From: Minutocellus sp. GHC0000111
Lineage: Eukaryota
Length of the DNA stretch: 64,000 bases
Direction of reading: 5' to 3'
NCBI GenBank assembly: GCA_977018835.1
Contig: OZ361256.1
Location: forward strand, 4,464,001-4,528,000
Under the pieces are notes generated by a model, which saw only the letters and a list, made by a program, of their open reading frames with translations, did no database searches and was not told the origin of the DNA. Shown here piece by piece: positions 23,604-34,192 of the stretch. Position numbers and translations under genes: made by a program. Each line of letters starts with the position of its first letter. Within the stretch, counting starts at the first letter, position 1.

Positions 23604-24818
23604 TCATCTCGGCCTTCCCCAGCGGCCTCGATCGCTCGGAGCATTGCCCGGACGGGGCCTCGGACCGGCCCTGCGGCGGAAGTTGCGCACTCTCTCAACA
23701 CGGGCCCAACGGTCTTCGTCCAACAAGAAACCTCTCCCACCGCCTCCTCCCCGACGGCGACGTCCACCGCTGCCGCCTCCACCACTCAGCACAATGGGCT
23801 CATCCCACGGAGCCGGCGGGGCAACATCGGCAACGAATCCAGCCGAGCATCGCTGCCGGAGCATATCCAACAGTGCAACGGCCTTTCGATGCAGCTCCAG
23901 CTTGGTTTCCGTGGGCGGATGAGCCGCCAGCAGATACTCCTCTTGCTGCTCAGAGGCATCCATGGCCGGCAGCATCGCCTTGTCAAACCCCAACACCCTG
24001 AGAAAGTCCAGCACGCACCAATGCTCCCCAATGTGCTTTCGGACGGTACCGTTGGCCAACCGTAGCTTGCGATACTTGACCTCGTCGGGATGCTGGACAA
24101 CATTGGACACGACCTTGTGCAACAGTTCCAACACCTTGATGCTGTCCTGTCGCGACTGACCCAGCACAATCTGCCGATCGATCCACGACGACGATACCAC
24201 CAGCGCATCATGCATGGTTGGATCCGAAAGCACCACCTCCAGGATGAAGGTGGGATCTGGTTGTTGGCCGAATGTAGCAGTAGCAGTACCAGCAGTCGAG
24301 GGATCATTGTCCCCCTCCCCGTCGTGGATCTGCACGCAGTGATTGGAACCGCTGGGCAGCGACCGCTTCGGTCGGTAGGCACCCACCACCGCCTCGGTTT
24401 CGTGGCTGCCGAACAAATCTTCCTCTCCATGCTGCACAACGGCCGAGATGGCAAATACATGCCCAGGCGTGGTGGATTGGACGAGATCTTGGCCCGGGGC
24501 CAGGGTCCAAATGTGCGACGGACGGGGGTGACCGTCGGCATCGATCCAGCGAATGAGGACGAAGGAGGAGGAATAGTTGAGGAATTGGATGCCGGTGCGG
24601 TCGTGGCCGTCGCGATTATCTGCGTAGCCGTAGGTGATCGAGCAGAGTTTGGTGGCGGCGTTTGTGAGATCGGCTCCCTCCAAGGAAGAGGATTGGGCCT
24701 GGGATGCCTTCAGGACGGACGGTGCGTCGATCATCTCGCCGTAGAGACCATCGCTCTGGTCGTAGATGGTCACCTTGGCGGCCGTTGTGGGGAGATCGGG
24801 GGCAAGCTGGTTCGCCAT
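23604..24818 (-). CDS. VHL beta-domain plus PUB-domain protein
   Basis: IQFLNYS..IRWIDADG..TLAPGQ..QSTTPGHVF (VHL-beta-like) and LHKVVSNVVQHPDEVKYRKLRLAN..FLRVLGF (PUB), with an RG-rich tail. Confidence 0.75.
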   Translation of the reverse strand: MANQLAPDLPTTAAKVTIYDQSDGLYGEMIDAPSVLKASQAQSSSLEGADLTNAATKLCSITYGYADNRDGHDRTGIQFLNYSSSFVLIRWIDADGHPRPSHIWTLAPGQDLVQSTTPGHVFAISAVVQHGEEDLFGSHETEAVVGAYRPKRSLPSGSNHCVQIHDGEGDNDPSTAGTATATFGQQPDPTFILEVVLSDPTMHDALVVSSSWIDRQIVLGQSRQDSIKVLELLHKVVSNVVQHPDEVKYRKLRLANGTVRKHIGEHWCVLDFLRVLGFDKAMLPAMDASEQQEEYLLAAHPPTETKLELHRKAVALLDMLRQRCSAGFVADVAPPAPWDEPIVLSGGGGSGGRRRRGGGGGRGFLLDEDRWARVERVRNFRRRAGPRPRPGNAPSDRGRWGRPR

Positions 24819-25113
24819 CTTGGCGAGGAGGCGGGTGGCTGGGTGGACTGACTGGTTGGAGGCAAAGTCATCAACTGATTTCAGCTGATCTTTTCAGAAC
24901 CCGGAAATAATAGATCCCGTTTGCATCTTGGTCCTGATTCCCGGTTTATGGAGAACCCGGATTCCAGAACTTCCTCGAAGGAAGGCGAGGGCACAAGAAG
25001 GATCAAGACGAACGGAGGAGCAACAGATTTCAACTCTCTTCATCTCATTATTTTACAAACCTCAACAAACCAAAGCCAAGAATCAAAAGTCCATCTATTC
25101 AACCTACAACAAC

Positions 25114-25869
25114 ATGCCCTGCCCAAAGAAGTCCCTCATGAAAGTTGCCGCCAAGCACGCCGACAAGATCGACCCTTCGCTCATGTCCAGCCTCAACAAG
25201 GCAGGTATTAAAGTCCCAGGTGCTTCATCTACCGGTACCAAGCCAATGCATACCGGCACTCCCAATCCAAGTTCTTTTAGCACATCTGATGCCACTTCCT
25301 CTCCCACCTCTTCCTTCGCGCCAATCGCCCCTCGGTATGCCACCACCAACCCCACGGAGCTGTCTCTGAAAGAAAAGGCCATGAGCTTCACGGGCGACGA
25401 TGCCAAGATCAAGGATGCTGCCGGCAATGACCTGTTCCATATCAAGGCCGAACTTCTCACTTTGTCCCAGCGCCGGTACCTGGTCGATGCCAGCGGCAAC
25501 CGGGTCGGCCAGCTCCGTCACAAGAAATTGGACATTGCACCCACGGTCTACATTGGAACGCCCGACAACGAGAAGATGGTTGCGCTCAGAACCAGCGGCA
25601 TGTTCAACCCAATGAATTGCAATGCCAAGATTGACGTCGATGGTGTCACCGTTGGCAAGATTCAGGGAAACTGGAGGGCCAAGAAGTTTGCCATCGTCAT
25701 CAATGGTGTTGAAATCGCCACCATCGGACGCAAAAGAACTCTGTCGTCTACATTCATGGATGCCGACTCGTACAATATTTCTGTTCGTCCTCAGGGCCAG
25801 CCTGTTGATCTAGCGTTTGTATCACTCCTTGCCATCGGACTTGACGAGCTATACCATGACAAAGAATAG
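25114..25869 (+). CDS. LURP-one-related / tubby C-terminal-like protein
   Basis: LKEKAMSFTGDDAKIKDAAG..R.LVDASG..IQGNW..K.F.I..D.Y.I.V...VDLAF pattern. Confidence 0.8.
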   Translation: MPCPKKSLMKVAAKHADKIDPSLMSSLNKAGIKVPGASSTGTKPMHTGTPNPSSFSTSDATSSPTSSFAPIAPRYATTNPTELSLKEKAMSFTGDDAKIKDAAGNDLFHIKAELLTLSQRRYLVDASGNRVGQLRHKKLDIAPTVYIGTPDNEKMVALRTSGMFNPMNCNAKIDVDGVTVGKIQGNWRAKKFAIVINGVEIATIGRKRTLSSTFMDADSYNISVRPQGQPVDLAFVSLLAIGLDELYHDKE

Positions 25870-26040
25870 AAAGTTGATTCGATGTTTAGAGATCCGTTAG
25901 AGAATCTAGTAGTTTATAATATACATGTAATGCGTGATGCTTAGAAAGTATTCATTGGTCTCCCACAAGCTAAAGTAGAAGTACAGGTAGTTCTCTCTCA
26001 CCATTTATCGTCCACCGGCACACCTAGTCTACGGACCAGC

Positions 26041-27063
26041 CTATCTTCTACCCTTACGCCCAGTCCGCTGCTTCTTCCTGCCATATCCCTGCCCAAATCG
26101 CTTCTGTCGCGAGTCCTGAATCTTGGTAAATTGCTTCTTGGCATACTTCTTCACGTCGGCATCGGCCATAATCTCCTCGGCCAGATTCTGGCGCCGCTGC
26201 TTCTTGGTAAGGCGACTGGAATAGTACTCCTCGGAACCCTCAATGACCGTTCCCACCTGCACCATCTTGGGGTCCAGAATGTCCGCCTTCTTGTAGAAAC
26301 GCTTGGGGTCCAGATACGTACGGTTGCGGATGATGGCAATGTGGGCCTTGACGTCGTCGGTGAGGGCGGCGGGGGTCATTCCGAACCACCCCCGGCCGGC
26401 GGTGCCGTCCGGTCCGCGCTTGGTCCCCATCTTGAAGGAGGTGGCGCCGCTGGATCCCGGACGGCGATGACGCATGGCATCCGCTCGGAACGACTGGGCA
26501 CCGGAACTGATGACGTGGGAGGCCGTCGATCGGTCCGTCCTCTGGGCCCGGCGGCGCATCTCTTGGAGTGATTGCTCCACCGACGCTGCGCCACCCTTAC
26601 TACTCCCGGCATCAGCTGGTTTGGCATACGTCACCTCCAGCCGCATCGGCGCCGTGTAGCCCGGGATGAGGTCCGACAGGGCGTTGCCCTCGCCAGGGCC
26701 GCCGAACTTGCTGGTCCTGCCCTTGCTTTTATTCTTGCCGCTAGTTTTGTCTTTCTGCGTCATGGCCTCCCACCCAAACGTCTTGCGGGCCGCCTCGGAC
26801 GCCAGAGCGATGGCGTGCTGGATCTCCTCCTGGCCCACTTCCGCCCGCGACGAGCTGTTGGTGGCGTCGTCGTCTTCCTCGTCTTTGGAAGAGGAGGAAT
26901 CGTCGTCACTACTTTCGTCTTCGTTGCCGCTGTCGCTACTGCTTTCGTCCTCGTCGTTATTCTGGTCCGATTCCGACGCACTATCTTCCTCCTCTTGTCT
27001 GGCATTGATCTGGCCGTCAGCCTCGGCTTCATCGGCGTCTTGAGACGAGCGGCGGGTCCTCAT
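26041..27063 (-). CDS. FCF2: FCF2/DNTTIP2 pre-rRNA processing protein
   Basis: TAGRGWFGM..RNRTYLDPKRFYK..QVGTVIEG..YYSSRLTKKQR..LAEEIMAD. Confidence 0.9.
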   Translation of the reverse strand: MRTRRSSQDADEAEADGQINARQEEEDSASESDQNNDEDESSSDSGNEDESSDDDSSSSKDEEDDDATNSSSRAEVGQEEIQHAIALASEAARKTFGWEAMTQKDKTSGKNKSKGRTSKFGGPGEGNALSDLIPGYTAPMRLEVTYAKPADAGSSKGGAASVEQSLQEMRRRAQRTDRSTASHVISSGAQSFRADAMRHRRPGSSGATSFKMGTKRGPDGTAGRGWFGMTPAALTDDVKAHIAIIRNRTYLDPKRFYKKADILDPKMVQVGTVIEGSEEYYSSRLTKKQRRQNLAEEIMADADVKKYAKKQFTKIQDSRQKRFGQGYGRKKQRTGRKGRR

Positions 27064-27305
27064 GGTTGGTATTAGAGAAATGATGGGTGTGAGAAATCAA
27101 GGGAGAGCAACGCTTGCCGGGCGATGCAAGACGTAAAATTTGTGGCATGGCTGACGGGCGGACGGACGTGCTCATTCTTGACACGGCCTTCGTTTTGGCG
27201 CCAAGAGAAGTTGCAAAGTAGACGGCATTGAGGGAAGAAGGCAATGACATGCGTTGTATGAAGTATCGAACACAACGATAGGTAGATACTCTCGCATATT
27301 CTAAA

Positions 27306-29472
27306 ATGCGGTCGCTATTCCCGCCCAACCTCGTCGAGCGGATGACCCGGCGGAAGCCGCTCTTCTTCGATGACGGCGACGGCGACCTGCCGCAAGACAT
27401 TGGCGCCTCCTCGTCCTCGCCCGAGCAGGGTGATGCCACCCCTCCCAGCCCCACCAAGGCCACGTTGCGTCGGACTCTGTCGCTGGCCGATCTCATCCTG
27501 TATGGCGTGGGGTGCAGCGTCGGCGCTGGCATCTACTGCCTGGTCGGACTGGGCGCCGAGATCGCTGGTCCAGCCATCGCCCTCAGCTTTGGTCTCTGCG
27601 GGATGGCCTGCGTCTTCACGGCCTTGGCGTATGGTGAATTTGCCGCCAGAATACCTGTGACCGGATCGGCGTGTGAGTAACTGCAAGCTAGTGCATGAGT
27701 TTATTGGAATACTTGTATGTGCGCATTTCTTGCATAACATCTCATTGTAATTTCCATCTTCTATTCGCCCATAAGACGTCTACGCGTACGTGACATTTGG
27801 AGAGTTTGTGGCCTGGCTCGTCGGTTGGTCTCTCACACTTAACTATGCCTTCAGCGCCAGCGTCGTGGCGCGGAGCTGGGGAGAGTACCTAGCCGCCTTC
27901 CTGCGGGGGTTGCCCTTCTTCCAATCCCGTGGTCTCAAGATGAGCTGGCTGACACGGATGCATCTGAGTTGGGTGCCGTTTATTTCAGAGTCGTATACTT
28001 GTTCGCCATTATCGATTGTGATTGTTGCGATATGCACCGCCGTTCTCGTCACGGGTGCCAAAGAATCGTCGAGATTCAATAACGCTATGACCGTATTGAA
28101 TTTAGCAATGCTGGGATTTGTTGTAGTCGCTGGAGTCGGAAGTGGAACGGTCGAGGGTGACAACTTGGTCCCCTTCTTCCCTGAAGGATTTGGTGGCGTC
28201 TTGCGGGGATCTGGTCTGGTATTTTTTGCTTTCATTGGATTTGACATGGTGGCTTGCTTGAGTGAGGAGGTGATTAGTCCAGAGCGCAACATGCCCATGG
28301 GCATTGTCGGTACGTTGGCTGCTACTACCGCAATTTATGTCTCAGTAACTCTTGTTGTGATTGGTATGGCACCGTTTGATTTGCTTGGAGGTGATGTTCC
28401 AATCGTCAATGCACTATTGGCCAATGGATGCTGCACGCACGACGAGCAACTTTTAGACGCCAACTCGGGCGAACAATGCCTCGACCAGTCCTGTTCGCCC
28501 ATCATTCGACCCATACTCCTCTATGGAAGCCGAATGGTTTCGTTTGGTGCGATCTTCGATCTCACCACGGGCACCTTCACAAGCTTAATGGGACAACCAC
28601 GTATTTTCTATCGGATGGCAATGGATGGACTCTTGTACAAAGTCTTTGCAAAGATCAATCCTCGAACCCAAGTCCCCACCGAGGGTATATTGCTCACCGG
28701 CATCCTTTGTTCCGCCTTGGCATGCTTCGTTTATCTCGACGCTTTGGCCAACTTGATTAGTCTGGGTACACTGGCGGTCTTTACGTTTGTAGATGCTGGA
28801 GTTATCATTCTCAGAATGAGGCCAGCGGAAGATCTTGATATCTCGGAGGGCGAAATGTACAGCACAGAGCTGAACGATGCTAATAACTTTCCTTCCGAGG
28901 ACGATAACGTCATACAAGAAGGATTCGAAGAATCATTGTGGGAGATGATAATTTCAAAATATCGCCGGTACACTTCGGGCTCGGTGGAGTCGAATGGGAA
29001 TCTGCCGACCATCCTATCCGTCGTGTTTACACTGTCGGCGATTTTGGCGTCAATGTCCTACAACAACGAGTGGTCTACGCTGATTCCTGTGATATGCTTG
29101 GCCTTGGCAGCCTACTCGGCAATCGCCCTAATTTTGCTTCCAAAGTCGGCTCCTCCGGACACCTTCAAATGCCCATATGTTCCTGTAGTGCCTTTGGTCG
29201 GTCTTGCTTGCAATGGGTACATGATGGGTTCCCTGCCGATGAGCAGCTGGCAATTTATGATATTGTGGCTTATATTAGGCATTCTTGTTTATTTTGCGTA
29301 CGGCGTGAGAAATTCTGTCCTTGGGAAGGAGAGTGACAAGGGTATGAGGCGGCAGAGTGCTTCGTATGGAAGTATGCTATGGGAAGGAACTCGATTATTA
29401 GCAGACGATTCCAGAGATGCGGGCGATGTATCACTTCATGGGTTGAATGATCACCATGAGCATGAGATGTGA
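27306..29472 (+). CDS. Cationic amino acid transporter, APC family (intron 27673-27775)
   Basis: LRRTL..GVGCSVGAGIY, YGEFAARIPVTGSAY, FFAFIGFD, GQPRIFYRMAMDGLL, ISLGTL and FKCPYVP, with multiple TM helices. Confidence 0.93.
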
Positions 29473-29852
29473 GTGAGATATCAATATTAGAAGATCTCCA
29501 GATAAACTACGTAGTTAGCACCTTCGACTCAAAATACTACTACTAGCACTATAGAATATCAATGCTAGTACTGCGTGAGAAAAGGTGTCGCAATTATTTC
29601 ACATATCTCGTTGTACTTTTAGAAATTAAAACATCTAACCCAACACGCCAGTTTTTTTCCTTGGATCTCTATGAATGGGTGGAACCCCTATAAATCCTTG
29701 GATATGAGTGAGCAGTGCTGTACTATTTTGGCACTTCAATGATGGCTGGAGCAGCCGAAAGAAGTAGAGGGTTGATCTCTTTCGTCGTGGGGGCAGCAAC
29801 CATTAGAGTCTTTGCATCGAAGCAGAGCACATGTAGATCTTTTAAGTGCTTT

Positions 29853-31094
29853 TTAAGCCTTGCACCACATTAGCACGCCATCGCCTGTTGTGCCCGGATC
29901 CTGCTCACACGTGCCCTTGCAGCAGAGGTCGTTATTGGCAGTTTGGACATTACTCTGATTACAACCCTGACCGTTGGGGTAGTATTCCAGAGCAGGTCCC
30001 TTTCCATTGCCAAGGGTACATCCGGGAGCTGGATCAGTACCTAGATCGACACAAGAACCATCGACGCAGTCAGCTACACAACCGTCGCAAGGGCACTCGT
30101 AGACACCGGAAGGACAGCAGGTCTGGCCTCCTTCGCCACATGGCTGGCATCTGTTATTGCTGGGGTTGCACGAGAGGCCGGGGGCATCCAGGGGGAAGAC
30201 TGGGTTTGTTCCATCTTCGTAGGGGCAGATGGCGCCCGAGCAGCAGATGGCGCCCGGTTGATCACCACAATTCTCGCACCGCCCAGTGCCAGTATTGCAG
30301 GCTTGAGTATCAAGTGTGCAAACATCTCCTGGGCAGCAGATCTGACCATCGCCGCCACAGTTCTCACAAGTAGCAGTGCCCTTGTCGCAAGCGAGAGAGT
30401 CACCGGAGCAAAAGTCTCCAGAATCATCAGAGCAGCACGGGTCGCCGGCTTGGACTCCGCACGTGTTGCAGATCTTGTTGATTGGATCGCACGTGGAGCC
30501 TGCGCTGCAGACGTCCCCTGGGCAGCAGGGTTGGCCGTCACCGCCACATTCCTCACACGTATTCTTGAAGAGGTTGCAGGTGTTTCCTGGAAGGCAGGAG
30601 CTCTCACACGAGTCCTCGCCGCAGCCGATGTTGCAGCATGGGTCACCGGCTTTGCCACACTCCACACAGATGTAGTCTTCTTCCGCGGGTTCCGTGAAGT
30701 CGTCGGGGAACTTGCAGCCATATCCCGGGACGCAGCGATGAGAGGGGTCGGCACAGCAGCGCTCTCCTGGCAGGCCGCACTTGCTCGATCCCTTGCCCTT
30801 GCCAGTACCGGAGCCAGTGCCGGAGCCGGAGTAGGGATAGTAGAATCCATAATGGCCAGAGCCCGTACCAGAACCAGAGCCGGCCCTGCGGTGCTCCTGG
30901 TCGACGACGCTGTAGGGGTTGGCGGCGGCGAAGGCCTCCTCGCGCTCCTCGAGGAGACGACGACGTTCGGCGGCGTCCTCGGACCTGGTACGACGACCGC
31001 CGGCCTTCCTGGAGGCAGCGGCGGTGGGGTGGGGGGAGAGGACGGCCAGCAGACCGAGGGCGAAGAGGAAGACGTTGCTGCGATTGAAGATCAT
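29853..31094 (-). CDS. Secreted Cys-rich repeat protein with RRL site and G/S/Y/K-rich N-terminal segment
   Basis: Signal peptide, RRRLL, SGSGHYGFYYPYSGSGTGSGTGKGKGSSK, then about seven CxxCGxxG(Q/D/E)xCC repeats. Confidence 0.8.
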   Translation of the reverse strand: MIFNRSNVFLFALGLLAVLSPHPTAAASRKAGGRRTRSEDAAERRRLLEEREEAFAAANPYSVVDQEHRRAGSGSGTGSGHYGFYYPYSGSGTGSGTGKGKGSSKCGLPGERCCADPSHRCVPGYGCKFPDDFTEPAEEDYICVECGKAGDPCCNIGCGEDSCESSCLPGNTCNLFKNTCEECGGDGQPCCPGDVCSAGSTCDPINKICNTCGVQAGDPCCSDDSGDFCSGDSLACDKGTATCENCGGDGQICCPGDVCTLDTQACNTGTGRCENCGDQPGAICCSGAICPYEDGTNPVFPLDAPGLSCNPSNNRCQPCGEGGQTCCPSGVYECPCDGCVADCVDGSCVDLGTDPAPGCTLGNGKGPALEYYPNGQGCNQSNVQTANNDLCCKGTCEQDPGTTGDGVLMWCKA

Positions 31095-32170
31095 AGTGGT
31101 GGTAGGCGTGTAGATTTCTTGACGACGGCGACGATACCGGAAAAAGAAGTCGATACCGGGAAAAGTCGAATTCGAATCGAATCGAATGTTCACCTATTGG
31201 CAGGCACATGTGTGATGCGGGAACACACCGTGCGCAAAAGTAGAGAAGAGAGGACGATGGTACGGACGCATGGTGTTGGTAGGAGGGGAACTTGCGTCAG
31301 ATGGGACGAACGAATGACGAACATGCCAATTCAAGTCTTGCGAAGCACAAACTGCTCATCAACTTTTTCCCCCGGCGCCAAGCCCACGAAAATACCCATC
31401 GATCGATGCCGCCCCAGACATGCTGGTGCAAATGGTGCATGTCAAAATATGCCAAGGCACAGCAAACAAGATATGCGTAGAAAATAAATGCTCAAGGGGA
31501 CCTTTTTGGCCCTGCATGCAATTGTTCATAACCCTAACAGTCGACGACGCTGTAGGGGTTGGCGGCGGCGAAGGCCTCCTCGCGCTCCTCGAGGAGACGA
31601 CGACGTTCGGCGGCGTCCTCGGACCTGGTACGACGACCGCCGGCCTTCCTGGAGGCAGCGGCGGTGGGGTGGGGGGAGAGGACGGCCAGCAGACCGAGGG
31701 CGAAGAGGAAGACGTTGCTGCGATTGAAGATCATAGTGGTGGTAGGCGTGTAGATTTCTTGACGACGGCGACGATACCGGAAAAAGAAGTCGATACCGGG
31801 AAAAGTCGAATTCGAATCGAATCGAATGTTCACCTATTGGCAGGCACATGTGTGATGCGGGAACACACCGTGCGCAAAAGTAGAGAAGAGAGGACGATGG
31901 TACGGACGCATGGTGTTGGTAGGAGGGGAACTTGCGTCAGATGGGACGAACGAATGACGAACATGCCAATTCAAGTCTTGCGAAGCACAAACTGCTCATC
32001 AACTTTTTCCCCCGGCGCCAAGCCCACGAAAATACCCATCGATCGATGCCGCCCCAGACATGCTGGTGCAAATGGTGCATGTCAAAATATGCCAAGGCAC
32101 AGCAAACAAGATATGCGTAGAAAATAAATGCTCAAGGGGACCTTTTTGGCCCTGCATGCAATTGTTCATA
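30900..32170. repeat. Tandem 631-bp duplication (30900-31530 and 31540-32170) of the promoter and 5' end of the Cys-rich gene
   Basis: The copies appear identical at offset 640 and are separated by the 9-bp filler ACCCTAACA. Confidence 0.95.
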
Positions 32171-32862
32171 CAGGCTTTGGTGTTGCTCGAGGGCAAACAA
32201 ATTCAAACAAGAAACGCATCGAGGACACCGAAAAAAATGAGCGTGCAGTCAATCAAGCAAGAGGAGGCGGGGTGCCCACACCGAACAAAAACACCTTCGA
32301 GAGATGATGGCGTGATGCGGTTCACCCTCCATTCTCCTTGTATCTTCATGTGGCATTTGCTTCCTTACCTTTCAATGAAATTATGTGCATGTGCCCAATT
32401 CCATTCGGAAATTGCTACTACGTAGGCTCCTCAAGAAAAACCGCCAGATCAGAACCTTCCGACCTTTCTGAAATCGCCGGCCGGGTCGGTTTTGTCAGCA
32501 ATCAAAATCATGTGATTTCCCAACGGCTAAGAAACCCTCAACAAATAATTTGAACATTCGCTTTCTAAAATTGTGAGGAGTATCGCCAAAGCAACTGCCA
32601 TATTTTGATGATCTTCCCTCAAAAATTCAATTGAGCAGTGACGTTGCTTTTTCTCTTTGAGGGTCTCTTGAAATTCAGGATTCGGGGTCTTCCCAAAACA
32701 TCAGGTCAGCCGATCAGCCGATGCCGTCAGATGATCAATATCATCAGGCGATCGAGCGAAAGGCAACATCATCACTGAAGATCATAGAATCATCGCAGAT
32801 CTCAGCAGCCGCAGTGCAGTGGTCGCATCGAAGACAAGACCTTTTACGCACATGCCAAAACC

Positions 32863-33915
32863 ATGAACTACTACCAACCAATATCGGAAACGCAGCCCCT
32901 CAACTCCCATCGAGAGAAGGCCAGGACGCGGGTCAAGATGAGGAAGATGCTCCCTGCGGTGGGGATTGTTGCGGTCGTCTTGATGATGATTGCGGCCGCC
33001 CTGGTGGTGTTCGTTTCGTCGGGGCACACCTTTCGCAGACCCTTGTCGGAAACAGATCCGGAGTTGTATTACAGTCACCTGGCCAACGAGGCCCTGATCG
33101 AGAATCTCACCAGTCGCAAGACCAAGAAGCCGGTGCGGCCAGGATGCGAAGCGACCGTCATCCTGATGCGCCATTGCGAACGCTACTTTGCTAGACGCGA
33201 CAGAGAAAAGAATAAGTACTGCGGATACCTGGGCCTTGAGCGAGCGAATTATCTGGCCACTCTCTTTGGCGACGGGGCTCGGTGGCCGGCTCCAGCTCGA
33301 CTGTATGCAATGAATCCAATCCGCCCTGGTTCGGACAACATGAAGTTTTGGCAAGCCGATACGTTGGAACCGCTTGCCGAAAAGATCCAGGTGATGGTCA
33401 AGACCGTATTTACGGTTGGTGACGAGCGTCGTCTCGCAAAGGCGATATTCAATGATTTGAGGAAGGGAAATCTTTGCGGCAAGTTGATTGTTGTGAGCTG
33501 GGACCACGATATTCCGACCCTAGCGCAAGAGTTTGGCTGTGGGCCGTACAATGGCTGTCCATATCAATGTGCTCAATCCGATTATGATTCTACATATCAG
33601 ATCAAATTTGTATACAACAGTCCAGAGGCTGGGGCTGTGCATAGGAAGTATGATGACCACGAAGAGGTCGATAAATATGGCGAAATTGATGATGACAGTG
33701 TAAATGACGATGACGATACTGATAATCTTCGACGCCGTCTTGGTCCGACCAGGTCCTTCTTTCATCATCGCAACACCGAGGTAGAGGCATGGGAAGTGCA
33801 TGGTGCTGTGGTAAACATGAATTTTGATCCACTTTCGTTTAGTGCCAGTGTTGGAGACTATCCAGAGGGAGGCAAGGCTTTTGGTGGTGCCTGGAGGATG
33901 GATGATGCGCTCTAA
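32863..33915 (+). CDS. Type II membrane histidine-phosphatase-superfamily-like protein
   Basis: N-terminal TM helix; VILMRHCER, G.ERA.YL, TLEPLA and VVSWDH motifs. Confidence 0.7.
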   Translation: MNYYQPISETQPLNSHREKARTRVKMRKMLPAVGIVAVVLMMIAAALVVFVSSGHTFRRPLSETDPELYYSHLANEALIENLTSRKTKKPVRPGCEATVILMRHCERYFARRDREKNKYCGYLGLERANYLATLFGDGARWPAPARLYAMNPIRPGSDNMKFWQADTLEPLAEKIQVMVKTVFTVGDERRLAKAIFNDLRKGNLCGKLIVVSWDHDIPTLAQEFGCGPYNGCPYQCAQSDYDSTYQIKFVYNSPEAGAVHRKYDDHEEVDKYGEIDDDSVNDDDDTDNLRRRLGPTRSFFHHRNTEVEAWEVHGAVVNMNFDPLSFSASVGDYPEGGKAFGGAWRMDDAL

Positions 33916-34064
33916 TGTCGGAATTTGCAAAAGGCATTCTCTTCATTTCATTTAAATAAAACTAACAACCAATATGGAATAGCCACGTAAGTAAGAGTTG
34001 AGTACCTACTTATTAATTATCCACCTCCATCATATCACCATCGCCACTGCCCTGGCCCTGGCAC

Positions 34065-34192
34065 TCCTTGACTTCCTCTGCCTCCCCGGCCTCAGTCCTC
34101 AATCTGGCCACCTCCTCTTGCAGCAGCCTCCTTGACTTCCTCTGCCTCCCCGGCCTCAGTCCTCAATCTGGCCACCTCCTCTTGCAGCAGCC
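34065..34192. repeat. 64-bp perfect tandem duplication
   Basis: tccttgacttcctctgcc...cttgcagcagcc occurs twice at offset 64. Confidence 0.9.

Noticed and set aside
6234..29472. Arginine gene cluster (ASS plus cationic amino acid transporter)
   Set aside because: About 20 kb apart with many unrelated genes in between.
30258..31487. 409-aa plus-strand ORF and its copy at 31420..32127
   Set aside because: Antisense to the Cys-rich gene and its duplicated promoter; no recognisable motifs.
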